In this document: piece after piece, positions 1-9,731 of the stretch
How positions within the stretch are numbered: position 1 is the stretch's first letter
Layout of the letters: the number at the start of each line of letters is the position of its first letter
Source of the DNA: Flavobacteriales bacterium
Lineage (GTDB): Bacteria > Bacteroidota > Bacteroidia > Flavobacteriales_D > Crocinitomicaceae
NCBI GenBank assembly: GCA_947470515.1
Contig: CANITF010000005.1
Location: 50,719 to 114,718 of the forward strand
Direction: 5' to 3'
DNA: 64,000 nucleotides
Notes under the pieces: generated by a model
Databases searched by the model: none
Told to the model about the DNA's origin: nothing
Seen by the model: only the letters and a program-made list of their open reading frames with translations
Program-made: the position numbers and the translations under genes

Positions 1-2409
1 GTATCAACTACTTATACTGTAACTGGCACTCCAGTAAATCCATGCTTAACTTTAGTTATTGTAAAAACAATTGTGGTTAATCCAGGTATTGATATTCAAA
101 TCACTGATCCAGGGCCACTTTGCGGAGATATTTCATTGTCGAGTTTAACCATTGTTGACTTGAATAATTCACCCGGTACAGTTATGACTTTCCATGGTAG
201 TATTCCAACATCTTCCACTGATATGTCTAATCTATGGGGATCTCCAACTATTGGATTTGGAGACATAGTTTACGTAATGATTGCTAGTTCAACTGCAAAC
301 TGCTTTGATATTGAACAAATTTTGTTAAACTTTTCTGGAGGAACACCCGCAGGTCCAGATGTAGTTGCTACCTATTGCAACACTGCCGGTATTATCAACC
401 TTAACACCTTAATTCCTTCTGGTATAAGTATCGCTGGAACTTGGATAGAAACCTCTCCAGCAACAGGTCAATTTACTGCTGTAAGTGGTGGTTTTGATTT
501 AACGGGATTACCTGATGGTGCTTATACATTTAGTTATACTGTTCCAAGTTCCCCTCCTTGTGTTAGTCAGCAAGCAATTTACACTATTAATATTGTATCT
601 GTAGCAAATGCAGGGTTAGACAACGCTATCACTGTATGCAATGGTTCGGGTGCAATAAACTTGAATACGCTGTTAGTCGGCGCAGATCTAGGTGGAACAT
701 GGTCAGAAACTAGCGCGTTTAATAGTGGTTCATTTGTGCCTTCAACTGGTTCATTCAATTCCAATACAGTACTTCCAGGTATATACACGTTTCAATATTT
801 AGTTAATGCATGTGCATCTGATTTTGCTCTGATGACAATAACTGTAAATTTTCAACCATTGTCAGGCCTAGATTCTACTGCTACAATTTGTAATGCAATT
901 GGTTCTTCTCTCGATTTAAACAACTTATTACTATTTGCAAATAGTGGAGGAACATGGTCAGAAACTACTGCGATTCCAAGTGGACAATTTAATGCGATTA
1001 ACGGCGTTTTTGATGCAGCTGGTCTTGCAACAGGTGCTTATACATTCAACTATACACAAGCATCAAATGCACCTTGTCCAGGAAATTTTGCATTGTTTAC
1101 TGTTAATGTAACTGGTACACCTGATGCTGGTTTGGATTCAACTAAAACATTTTGTGCTTCAGCTGGAGGTTCTATAAATGTTAATACATTGTTGAATGGA
1201 GCCATGCCTGGAGGAACATGGAATGAAAATTCTATACCTCTTAGTGGTCAATTTAATGCTACAACAGGTGTATTCAATTTCGGCTCATTAGCCTCTGGAA
1301 CTTACGCATTCGAATATGTTTTAGCTGGAAGTACTGTTTGCCCATCAGACACTGCAATAATAACAATTGTTACAATTACAACACCTACAATTACTCCTTT
1401 ACCAAATCAAGTCCATTGTGGTAATTATATCTTACCCGCTATTATTGGAACTAATTTGACAGGGAATGAAGCATACTATTCTGGAATAAATGGAACTGGA
1501 ACTCAATTTTCCCCGGGTGATACCATCACTTCAACACAGACGCTTTACTTATATGATGCTACAGGAACATTGCCAAATTGTTCAAATCAACAAACAGTGA
1601 ATATCGTTATTAATGGTGCACCTGTTATTAATTTTACCGCGAGTGTGACATCTGGTTGTGCACCACTAACAGTTACATTTACTAATACAACTGTTGGAGG
1701 AACATTAAACAATTGTACATGGGATTTTGGTCCTGTTTCACAATCGAATGCGTGTACTTCATTTACATATACCTATCAAAATGCAGGTGTATACGATGTT
1801 TCATTGAGTGGAACTAGTTCTTCAGGATGCAGTATCAATTTAACATTAATAGACTTGATTGAAGTTTTCCCAGTTCCAACTGCTGAGTTCACCTTAACTC
1901 CAGCAATTACTGATATCTTTGATACTACGTGTGTCTTAACTAATCAGTCAACTGGCGCTGATAGTTATTTTTGGGATTTTCAAGACGGTACAACATCAAC
2001 ATCAACGGATGAAATTCATTTATTTCCAGCAACTCCGAATGCTGGCTATAACATAACATTAATTGCAAGTACTATTAATGGTTGTACAGATACAGTTGTT
2101 CATCTGTTTACGGTTGTTGATGTAATATTATTTTATATTCCAAATACATTTACTCCAGATGGAGATGAGTACAACAATACTTTCATGCCAATATATGCAT
2201 CAGGAGTAGACCCTTATGGATTTAACATGCAAATCTTTAATCGATGGGGTGAAATCATTTTCGAAACAAATGATATGACAATTGGATGGGATGGAACTTA
2301 TGGTGGTGAATTGGTGCCAGATGGATCGTACGTTTGGACTTTAGAATTCAAAGAAACTATGTCGGATAGTCGACATTCTTACAATGGGAATGTGAATATA
2401 TTCAGATAA
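1..2409 (+). CDS. Large cell-surface adhesin-like protein, 5'-truncated by the window edge. It has tandem Ig-like modules, a PKD-like domain and a T9SS type-B (gliding-motility-associated) C-terminal domain.
   Basis: Frame 1 is open from base 1 (VSTTYTVTGTPVNPC...), so the listed 73..2409 ORF continues upstream. The C-terminus IPNTFTPDGDEYNNTF...GWDGTYGGELVPDGSYVW fits the type-B CTD signature (TIGR04131-like). FTASVTSGCAPLTVTFTNTT looks PKD-like. Confidence 0.85.
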   Translation, partial: VSTTYTVTGTPVNPCLTLVIVKTIVVNPGIDIQITDPGPLCGDISLSSLTIVDLNNSPGTVMTFHGSIPTSSTDMSNLWGSPTIGFGDIVYVMIASSTANCFDIEQILLNFSGGTPAGPDVVATYCNTAGIINLNTLIPSGISIAGTWIETSPATGQFTAVSGGFDLTGLPDGAYTFSYTVPSSPPCVSQQAIYTINIVSVANAGLDNAITVCNGSGAINLNTLLVGADLGGTWSETSAFNSGSFVPSTGSFNSNTVLPGIYTFQYLVNACASDFALMTITVNFQPLSGLDSTATICNAIGSSLDLNNLLLFANSGGTWSETTAIPSGQFNAINGVFDAAGLATGAYTFNYTQASNAPCPGNFALFTVNVTGTPDAGLDSTKTFCASAGGSINVNTLLNGAMPGGTWNENSIPLSGQFNATTGVFNFGSLASGTYAFEYVLAGSTVCPSDTAIITIVTITTPTITPLPNQVHCGNYILPAIIGTNLTGNEAYYSGINGTGTQFSPGDTITSTQTLYLYDATGTLPNCSNQQTVNIVINGAPVINFTASVTSGCAPLTVTFTNTTVGGTLNNCTWDFGPVSQSNACTSFTYTYQNAGVYDVSLSGTSSSGCSINLTLIDLIEVFPVPTAEFTLTPAITDIFDTTCVLTNQSTGADSYFWDFQDGTTSTSTDEIHLFPATPNAGYNITLIASTINGCTDTVVHLFTVVDVILFYIPNTFTPDGDEYNNTFMPIYASGVDPYGFNMQIFNRWGEIIFETNDMTIGWDGTYGGELVPDGSYVWTLEFKETMSDSRHSYNGNVNIFR
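343..1374 (+). repeat. Four tandem ~85-88-aa protein modules inside the adhesin (diverged at the DNA level)
   Basis: A recurring pattern appears four times, at aa 91-176, 177-261, 262-349 and 350-434 of the listed ORF. The pattern is (A/D)(G)LD..x.CN..G.INLNTLL...GGTW.E....SGQF....G.F....L..G.YTF.Y......C. Confidence 0.6.
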
Positions 2410-2477
2410 TCTCCTAACTTGACTGTCGCTCCGTGTTCGTTTAATTTAATGACTTACACCGAGCGAAGTTGGAGAGA
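2410..2477. repeat. Long imperfect hairpin (REP-like) directly after the adhesin stop codon
   Basis: TCTCCTAACTT (2410-2420) pairs with AAGTTGGAGAGA (2466-2477), with one bulge and one G-U pair. CGCTC (2427-2431) pairs with GAGCG (2461-2465). No T-run follows. The left arm contains GACTGTCGCTC, which also occurs in the 56437-56466 core. Confidence 0.5.
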
Positions 2478-2587
2478 TTAGTTCCCTGATTCATAATTCA
2501 AAATAACATAGGGTGCAGGAATAGTCAATGTAAATTTAAAAGACTGTGCCATGCCACAAAGCAGGAAAATCCAAATTTACTTGTAGT

Positions 2588-3496
2588 TTATCCTTTCTTC
2601 AAAAGGTTATCTAATGCATCATCAATCTGTTCAAACTCAAACTCAAATCCAGTATCAATTATTTTTTGAGAGGAGATTTTACTTCCTTCTAATAGGATTG
2701 TTGCCATTTCTCCAAACAAAATTTGAAGTATGAACTTTGGAATATTGGGTAAAAAAAGTGGTTTCTTTAGCCGCTGTGCGATTTTTTTGGTTAATGCGAT
2801 ATTAGTAATTGAGTGAGGTGAAACAGCATTAAATGTTCCATCTATTTTAGCGTCATCAAGTATGAATTTAATGAGTTGAACTAAATCTTGAATATGAATC
2901 CAAGGCATTTGTTGTTTTCCGCTTCCTAAACCTGCTCCAAATCCATATTTTATTGGTTGGATTAATTTTCTCAAGGCTCCATCCTTTTGATCGAGAATCA
3001 TTCCGATTCTTAGAATTCCTATTCTATTGGCAACACCACTTGTTTTAAAAGCTTTAGCTGCACTTTCCCATTCAAAGCAGACATCACTTAAAAAATCAGT
3101 TCCCTTGGGTGCTTGTTCATCAAAAACGTCATCAGTAGTTATTGAGCCATAGTAACCAATGGCTGAAGCAGAAATAAAAGCATCAATTGTGATTTTTCGG
3201 TTTTGTAATTCTTTTAAGATTAAACCGGCACTGTCAACTCGACTCGACAAAATAAGTTGTTTCCTTTCTTTTGTCCAACGGTTAGATGCAATAGATGCGC
3301 CAGCAAGATGTATAATACTGTTGACCCCAATTAATGCTTTTGGATCAATATAATTCGAATTTAAATCCCATTCATATTCGTTACTGCGCGTTTTTTTTCG
3401 GGTTAAAAAGCGTACAGTGTAATCTTTCTCTAATGCTTTTTCTAATTGTTTAGCGAGCATTCCGTTTGCTCCGGTTATTAGAACTGTTTGTTTCAT
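2588..3496 (-). CDS. TIGR01777/YfcH-like NAD-dependent epimerase-family (SDR) protein with a DUF1731-type C-terminus
   Basis: N-terminal Rossmann motif VLITGANGMLAKQL. Length is ~300 aa. The C-terminal SSQKIIDTGFEFEFEQIDDAL resembles the YfcH-family tail. Confidence 0.75.
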   Translation of the reverse strand: MKQTVLITGANGMLAKQLEKALEKDYTVRFLTRKKTRSNEYEWDLNSNYIDPKALIGVNSIIHLAGASIASNRWTKERKQLILSSRVDSAGLILKELQNRKITIDAFISASAIGYYGSITTDDVFDEQAPKGTDFLSDVCFEWESAAKAFKTSGVANRIGILRIGMILDQKDGALRKLIQPIKYGFGAGLGSGKQQMPWIHIQDLVQLIKFILDDAKIDGTFNAVSPHSITNIALTKKIAQRLKKPLFLPNIPKFILQILFGEMATILLEGSKISSQKIIDTGFEFEFEQIDDALDNLLKKG

Positions 3497-3637
3497 CTCG
3501 TTCTACTATGATATATTAAATTTTTAATACTTGAATTCGCAGATTTTTGTTGACTTTATTAAATGTAACAACATAAAAGGTCCTATTGTTTGATTTTGTA
3601 AACTTATTAACTAAAGTTAAAGAAGATTTGAACTAGA

Positions 3638-4720
3638 CTATTTAGTGGTTATTCGAGCAGATAAAACCCATAATTCCACTTCTTCTTCACCTCTCCAATG
3701 TTGGTTTCTGTTGGTTTTTTCGGATGCTTCTTTGACTGATTTTTTAAGGCATTTTTCTAATACAAATCGTCCCCCAGAAAGAAGTTCTTTTTCGATTGGA
3801 TGTTCCGTTGTTACATGTGTAATTTGTGCTAAATTGGAGAAAAGAATCACTATTTTACCATCCGGAAGCAAGTGTTTATGTGCTTCTTCAAAAAAGTCTG
3901 GGAAGAGTTTTTCGTTGTAGTAGATTGCTTCATCGAGGCGATTCAATTCTTGTGTTGTGGGTAACCACGGTGGATTAAACACAATCAATTCGGTTGGTTT
4001 TTCCCATTTGCCAAATAAGTGTCCAAAATCAATTTCTATTTTTCGCGCTAATTTTGTTCCTTCCATGGATGCTGTCAAACCAATAATCGCATTGGTATTG
4101 ATATCCGTTCCAAATGATTTTTGAAACCCATGTTGCACCATCATCAAAGAAAGTACGCCACTTCCAATTCCGATGTCATTGGCCGTTTTTTTAGGACCTT
4201 CGTACCGTTTTAACCAATTGTCAAAAAGAATTAAATGTTCAAAACGAGTAGGGAAATAAACGCCATAATAAGGGTATATTTTATTGCGCAGAACTGGAAT
4301 ATTGATTCCGTTTTTATACCATTGCCATGCACTGTTTAATCCTTGAATTTGAGGAAGTGGTAAGAAAAAGTCATTCAATTCAGGATATAATTTTTCTAAC
4401 CAGCCAATCATTGGAGCTTTTCTAACAATGAGTTTATGTCCTTTGACATGGATTAAAATGAGATTGGATAATTTTCTAAACTCCGCACGAAAGGCCCGCT
4501 GTTCGATAAAAGTTTCATTCGGAAGGGTGTTTTTGAGATATGTCGTTAATTCTCGAAGTAAGTATAAGCCGTTGCTATAAAATTCTTCAACTAAAATTTG
4601 TTCACCTGCAAGTAAGGCCTCTATGGTTTCTGGAATATCTGATTCTCGAGTAAAAGATCCTATTTCAATTCCTGATTTGATAGGTTCAGGCCTATTTACT
4701 TGCAATAAGTTGTTAATCAT
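3638..4720 (-). CDS. Class I SAM-dependent methyltransferase with an NPPW catalytic motif and a ~170-aa N-terminal domain I cannot assign
   Basis: SAM-binding motif I (DIGIGSGVLSLMM) is followed by TDIN and then VFNPPWLP. This is the (N/D)PP(Y/F/W) motif of amino-group N-methyltransferases. Confidence 0.65.
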   Translation of the reverse strand: MINNLLQVNRPEPIKSGIEIGSFTRESDIPETIEALLAGEQILVEEFYSNGLYLLRELTTYLKNTLPNETFIEQRAFRAEFRKLSNLILIHVKGHKLIVRKAPMIGWLEKLYPELNDFFLPLPQIQGLNSAWQWYKNGINIPVLRNKIYPYYGVYFPTRFEHLILFDNWLKRYEGPKKTANDIGIGSGVLSLMMVQHGFQKSFGTDINTNAIIGLTASMEGTKLARKIEIDFGHLFGKWEKPTELIVFNPPWLPTTQELNRLDEAIYYNEKLFPDFFEEAHKHLLPDGKIVILFSNLAQITHVTTEHPIEKELLSGGRFVLEKCLKKSVKEASEKTNRNQHWRGEEEVELWVLSARITTK

Positions 4721-4779
4721 TCTTGCAAGATAAGAAGAAACTTAAGTTGGTTGGATAGAATTTATTTAAAGTTGTGTGA

Positions 4780-5292
4780 TTAAGTTTTCTCCAAAATCTT
4801 TTCATACGCTTTTCGTGGACTTCCTCTGAAATGTACTTCTCCACAATATACATAGCCAGATTTATCAAAAAGATTCAACATGGCACCATTGTCAAAATTT
4901 GTATCTGCTTTGATGCTCAATATGTTGTTGTCTTTTGCAAATTCTTCAATGAAGGTAAAAAGTACTTTGGCAAATCCTTTTCCTAAGTGAGTTTCTGCAA
5001 TTGCCACTCGGTGAAAAACAACAAAATCAGTATTCGAAATCCACTTCCCGACTATGTTCGCGTATTCAGGTTCATCGTTTATTAGGATGGCACAATATCC
5101 AATGATCGAGTCATATTCTGTTAAAACAAAACCAACTCCTTTTTCAATGTCTATTTGCACTGATTCTGGATTTGGATAACCATCTTGCCATTGATTACTT
5201 CCATCTTTTTTTCGGCGCAAAATGGCGTCTTGTAATATCTCCCAAATTGGAGCAATTTCAGTGCTAATTGCTTTTCTAAAGAAGTAATTCAT
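4780..5292 (-). CDS. GNAT-family N-acetyltransferase
   Basis: 170 aa. The acetyl-CoA-binding region HRVAIAETHLGKGFAKVLF fits the R/Q-x-x-G-x-G/A motif. Confidence 0.75.
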   Translation of the reverse strand: MNYFFRKAISTEIAPIWEILQDAILRRKKDGSNQWQDGYPNPESVQIDIEKGVGFVLTEYDSIIGYCAILINDEPEYANIVGKWISNTDFVVFHRVAIAETHLGKGFAKVLFTFIEEFAKDNNILSIKADTNFDNGAMLNLFDKSGYVYCGEVHFRGSPRKAYEKILEKT

Positions 5293-5352
5293 TTATGATG
5301 GTATTGTTAATTTCAATTTTAGATTTATGGAAGAAATTAAGTGCTAAAAATT

Positions 5353-6747
5353 TTATTCCTTTACATATTTTTGAACAATCTTTGATTTAGGTGTTATCAA
5401 TGTAATAAAATAAACCCCACTTGAAAAAGTACTTGTGTTTATTGTTGCAAAATCTGTTTTACTTGAATAAATGATTTGTCCTTGTGAGTTGAGAACTTGA
5501 ATTTCTTCCGCTTCAACATTAACGTCATATTCAATTGAAACGAATTCAGAAGAAGGATTTGGAAATAACTTTAATTCAGCTCGTAAATCATTATTTAAAA
5601 TCGAAGCAGAACATATTGTTGTAGGAACATTCCCAGACAAGGCAATTTTTGTAGCAAACAAATTAACCATATTTTGAGTACGTAAAAATAGGTTATCGAT
5701 GGAATGCCCATTTGAAAAACAATTATTCAAATAAGCATAATTTTCGATTATTTCAGATTGATAAACAGGAGAAAGTGTTCCCAAGGAGATGAAATAATTT
5801 TCTATTCCTTTACTACCATATGCATATGGATAGAAAAAGTAGGTTTGACAAATATTTGTTTGTGCGAAACATTCCCAGCTAATTCTCCCTAATATTTTTC
5901 CGTAATTATAATTGACAATTACATCAGATCCCTGGTGAAATAAATATACAGCAGGTGTATCAGTAATTTGCGGTACAATGTTTAAATCCAAAAGACCACC
6001 ATAAAAATTCCCTACTCCTTTCACTGTTGCATCAAAAGCACCTAAATTGAGTGTTCCCTCAATACTGCCTAAATCAGGTCTGCTTAAACTCAATGGAGTT
6101 GGAACACAACCATATGTCGCCAAATCCACATCGGGAGTAGGAGCGTCCGCAATTTCAAAGCATGAAACATGTTTTTCACTAAGTTGATCAGTGAATGCTG
6201 TTGCCATAGAAACAAAACCACCTGCACTTTCACCAGCAATAAATACATTGTTGACGTCTATAGAATCAAGTTCATTCCTACCTTTTAAAAAACGAATTGC
6301 TCCTTTTGCGTCTTGCATTCCTCTATAGTTTGCTCTGTAAACTTCAGAACTATCTGAAATATATCCGCAGGGTGCAGATAATGAGTTGTTACAAAGGGCA
6401 TACATTGTGTAATTTGACGCTTTATGTGTGCCTAATCGATAATTAATTGCACCAACAACCCATCCTTTTTTTGCTAATTCGCGGGACATATTTATCATTT
6501 CTTCTTTGCTTCCACCAACCCAAGCTCCGCCATGAACCAGAATAATTGCTGGTCTTTGGCAATTGTTATTTATTGGTTTGTAAATATCCATTTTAAGAGC
6601 CACTGAATTTCCAGCATAATCAGTTGCCGTTCCATAATCAACGTCAATTATGCTGTCGTAAGAAAACTGAGTTTGTGTGTATGGATCTTGAGAAAAGAGC
6701 GTACTTGAAAAGCAAAAAAGTAGAATAAATAGTTTTATTAGGTGCAT
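5353..6747 (-). CDS. Secreted alpha/beta-hydrolase (esterase/lipase, HGG type) with a T9SS type-A C-terminal sorting domain
   Basis: Signal peptide, oxyanion motif LVHGGAWVGG, nucleophile elbow GESAGG, and a C-terminal LFPNPSSEFVSIEY...GVYFITL type-A CTD (TIGR04183-like). Confidence 0.8.
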   Translation of the reverse strand: MHLIKLFILLFCFSSTLFSQDPYTQTQFSYDSIIDVDYGTATDYAGNSVALKMDIYKPINNNCQRPAIILVHGGAWVGGSKEEMINMSRELAKKGWVVGAINYRLGTHKASNYTMYALCNNSLSAPCGYISDSSEVYRANYRGMQDAKGAIRFLKGRNELDSIDVNNVFIAGESAGGFVSMATAFTDQLSEKHVSCFEIADAPTPDVDLATYGCVPTPLSLSRPDLGSIEGTLNLGAFDATVKGVGNFYGGLLDLNIVPQITDTPAVYLFHQGSDVIVNYNYGKILGRISWECFAQTNICQTYFFYPYAYGSKGIENYFISLGTLSPVYQSEIIENYAYLNNCFSNGHSIDNLFLRTQNMVNLFATKIALSGNVPTTICSASILNNDLRAELKLFPNPSSEFVSIEYDVNVEAEEIQVLNSQGQIIYSSKTDFATINTSTFSSGVYFITLITPKSKIVQKYVKE

Positions 6748-6808
6748 TGTTGTATTTAATTATTTGATAATTAGATGTATGACAAATATAAGGCTTTATA
6801 ATTAAAGT

Positions 6809-8359
6809 TTACTCCTTTAAATATTTTCGAATAATTTTTGTTTTAGGCGTTTTTAACTCAATAAAATAAACACCACTTGAAAAGGAACTTGTGTTGATTG
6901 TTGCAAAGTTAAGTTCACTTGAATAAACAATTTGTCCTTGTGTATTGAGAACTTGAATTTCTTCCACATCTAGCTTGTCGGCAAATTTAATTGTCACTAT
7001 TTCCGACGATGGATTTGGGTATAACCAAAGTTGTTCACCATGCGTAGAATCTATCTCTAGATATTCATATACTGTTATTTTATCTGTAGCCGAACCAAAA
7101 TTATTGATAAGGTATATTTTCTTGCCATTTGGAGAAATTGCGATATCTCTCAAACGGCCATTTAAGGCTTGATCTTCTCCGAAAAATCTCTTAGGATTGG
7201 GATTACTAAAAGTTGAAGGTATTAAACTTCCATTTGCGTCTAATTTAAATTGATAGACTTCGCAATCTGTAGAAGCTCCATTTTTTAAAGTGGTAATTAA
7301 TAAACTATTTGTCCATTCAGTAATTGCTGTGCTGTTGTAATGCACACCGTCTGATGGAGCCACAGTGCACCAGTCTAAATAATTGTTTGAAACATCAGGT
7401 GGCGTTGCGCAAAAGGAATAGAACGGTTGGACCAAAGAATCATTTGGAATATTAATATCTGGCACATAAGAAGCAATATATGATGCTTCACCAGGATAAT
7501 TATTATCGGAATGAAATCCACGAACATTTTTCCAACCGTAATTCATCCCTTTGTACAAGATATTAATTTCGTCATCAGTTCTGTCCCCATGTTCTAAATC
7601 ATAAAGGATATCTAATGAAGAATTGTAGATTAATCCTTGCGGATTTCTGTGTCCTCGTGTATAAAATGAATTTCCTGCAATAGGATTATCACTAGGGATT
7701 GACCCATCCATATTGAACCGGTGAATTTTACCGTTTTGCGTCGTTGGATCTTGAGCGAAATTATTAGGATTTGTTGATTGAGGGAAATAACAAGTTGGAC
7801 TACTATCCTCTGATGTACCATGATCTCCAATTGTTAAGAAAAGGTAAGAAACACCATTTTGCTTAATCGCAAGCAATCTTCCCCCTAAATGGTCATAACC
7901 AGTAGAAATAGAATCAACCAAATCAACTGAATTTGTGACCGTATTTGTTGGAGAATTCCATGTTAATCTTTTTATTTTGAAATTTGTTAAAGGGGCGGAA
8001 ACAGTACCTTGATTGTATGAATACACAAAATATATGAAAGAACTATCAGGATTGAGAAAATCGGGATGTAAGGTTAATCCCAAAGTTCCTGCACCAATCG
8101 TTGGGTTGAAACAAAGAGGTGATTGTTCTAAAAGTGAACCGCCAAAATAATCTGGAGCAGTATAAATAATTGTTTTTGAACCATCTTGCGGATCTATTCG
8201 AGCAACTGTTCCTCCCGCTTCACTAACCCATAAATAATTATCTGGGCCATAGGTTATTTCCCAAGGAATGTTGAGTGAAGTTGGTAATTCTGACCGTGTA
8301 AATTGTTGAGCCTGCGCAAAATTGAAGCAAAAAATGATAAGCCAAAAAATACGGTTCAT
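6809..8359 (-). CDS. Secreted PQQ-dependent sugar (glucose/sorbosone) dehydrogenase-like beta-propeller with a T9SS type-A CTD
   Basis: Signal peptide, the GHRNPQGL motif typical of soluble aldose dehydrogenases (YliI family), and a C-terminal LYPNPSSEIVTIKF...GVYFIEL CTD. Confidence 0.75.
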   Translation of the reverse strand: MNRIFWLIIFCFNFAQAQQFTRSELPTSLNIPWEITYGPDNYLWVSEAGGTVARIDPQDGSKTIIYTAPDYFGGSLLEQSPLCFNPTIGAGTLGLTLHPDFLNPDSSFIYFVYSYNQGTVSAPLTNFKIKRLTWNSPTNTVTNSVDLVDSISTGYDHLGGRLLAIKQNGVSYLFLTIGDHGTSEDSSPTCYFPQSTNPNNFAQDPTTQNGKIHRFNMDGSIPSDNPIAGNSFYTRGHRNPQGLIYNSSLDILYDLEHGDRTDDEINILYKGMNYGWKNVRGFHSDNNYPGEASYIASYVPDINIPNDSLVQPFYSFCATPPDVSNNYLDWCTVAPSDGVHYNSTAITEWTNSLLITTLKNGASTDCEVYQFKLDANGSLIPSTFSNPNPKRFFGEDQALNGRLRDIAISPNGKKIYLINNFGSATDKITVYEYLEIDSTHGEQLWLYPNPSSEIVTIKFADKLDVEEIQVLNTQGQIVYSSELNFATINTSSFSSGVYFIELKTPKTKIIRKYLKE

Positions 8360-8406
8360 TGAATAAGTTTGAATAATAACGTTACAATTTACAAAAAGGT
8401 AAAGTA

Positions 8407-9651
8407 TTATTCCTCAAATTTCTTAAATATAATACTTGCAATGTGTCCACCAAAACCAAATGTATTACTCATGGCGTAATTCAATTTTTTTGGTTCAGCT
8501 TTTCCTAGCGTAAAATCAAATAAATCTTTGAATTCAGGTTCAATGTCTGTTGTATTGATTGTTGGCGGAACAATGTTCTCTTGCAATGCCATTACACAAG
8601 CTATTCCTTCAATTGCTCCTGCAGCACCTAATAAATGACCTGTCATTGATTTTGTTGCAGAAATCGATAACGATTTACGTTCCCCAAATACACGTTTCGC
8701 TGCGATTAATTCTGAGTTATCACCTTGGTGTGTAGATGTTGCATGCATGTTGATGTAATCGATTTGATCTGCAGAAATTCCTGCTTCTCTCATCGCTTCC
8801 TTCATACCTAAAACGGCTCCGTCTCCTTCTGGATGAGTTCCCGTTAAATGATATGCATCAGCAGCCATTCCACCACCCACAATTTCACCATAAATAGTTG
8901 CACCACGTTTTTTTGCGTGTTCGTATTCTTCTACGATTAACGCTCCAGCTCCTTCACCCATCACAAATCCATCTCTTGAAATATCAAAAGGTCTAGAGGC
9001 TGTTTGAGGTGAATCATTTCTTGTAGACAATGCTTTTGCTGACGAGAATCCTCCGATTGCAGATTCTGTAATGGCTGCTTCTGAACCACCAGTTATAATC
9101 ATGTCTGCTTTATCCCATTTGATATAGTTGAAAGCTTCGATCATTGCAGTATTGGATGTTGCACAAGCTGAAACAGGACAGAAATTCACACCTCTTAATC
9201 CATATTTTATGGAAATGACTCCTGAAGCAATGTCGACCAAAATTCTTGGAATGAAATAAGGTGTAAAACGAGGTGTTCCATCACCATCACAATACTCCTT
9301 CATCTGATCCTGGAATGTTTGAATTCCACCATTTCCAGACCCCCAAATAACGCCGATTCGATCTCTGTTTAATGTTTCAAAATCAATATTTCCATGACGT
9401 ACAGCTTCATCAACCGCAATCAAAGCATATTGAGAAAATGGGTCATATTTGCGAATTTCTTTGACATCAAAATGATCCTTCGCGTCGTAATTTTTAAGTT
9501 CACACGCAAAAGTTGCCTTAAATTTCGAAGTATCAAATTTGGTTATTGGAGCAGCGCCACTCACGCCGTTTTTTAAACTTGTCCAATAATCAGCTAAATT
9601 ATTGCCTATCGGAGTCAATGCCCCAATTCCTGTAATTACTACTCTTCTCAT
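8407..9651 (-). CDS. fabF: Beta-ketoacyl-ACP synthase II
   Basis: 414 aa. N-terminus RRVVITGIGALTPIG, active-site region ACATS, HATST...GD and GHLLGAAG motifs, and a C-terminal NTFGFGGHN-like segment. Confidence 0.92.
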   Translation of the reverse strand: MRRVVITGIGALTPIGNNLADYWTSLKNGVSGAAPITKFDTSKFKATFACELKNYDAKDHFDVKEIRKYDPFSQYALIAVDEAVRHGNIDFETLNRDRIGVIWGSGNGGIQTFQDQMKEYCDGDGTPRFTPYFIPRILVDIASGVISIKYGLRGVNFCPVSACATSNTAMIEAFNYIKWDKADMIITGGSEAAITESAIGGFSSAKALSTRNDSPQTASRPFDISRDGFVMGEGAGALIVEEYEHAKKRGATIYGEIVGGGMAADAYHLTGTHPEGDGAVLGMKEAMREAGISADQIDYINMHATSTHQGDNSELIAAKRVFGERKSLSISATKSMTGHLLGAAGAIEGIACVMALQENIVPPTINTTDIEPEFKDLFDFTLGKAEPKKLNYAMSNTFGFGGHIASIIFKKFEE

Positions 9652-9652
9652 G

Positions 9653-9707
9653 CTTACCAGATTTGTACTTACCAGATTTGTGATTCGGGATTTGTGATTC
9701 GGGATTT
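9653..9707. repeat. Tandem 15/15/14/11-nt repeats, each unit ending in GATTTGTG/A
   Basis: The units are CTTACCAGATTTGTA, CTTACCAGATTTGTG, ATTCGGGATTTGTG and ATTCGGGATTT. The array starts 2 nt upstream of the fabF start codon, in the sufT-fabF spacer. Confidence 0.9.
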
Positions 9708-9731
9708 AGAATAAAAATTAAATCTATGTTC

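Noticed and set aside
3638-5292. Restriction-modification or other defence module around the NPPW methyltransferase
   Set aside because: The neighbours are a GNAT acetyltransferase and an SDR-family protein. No nuclease, helicase, specificity subunit or ATPase is present.
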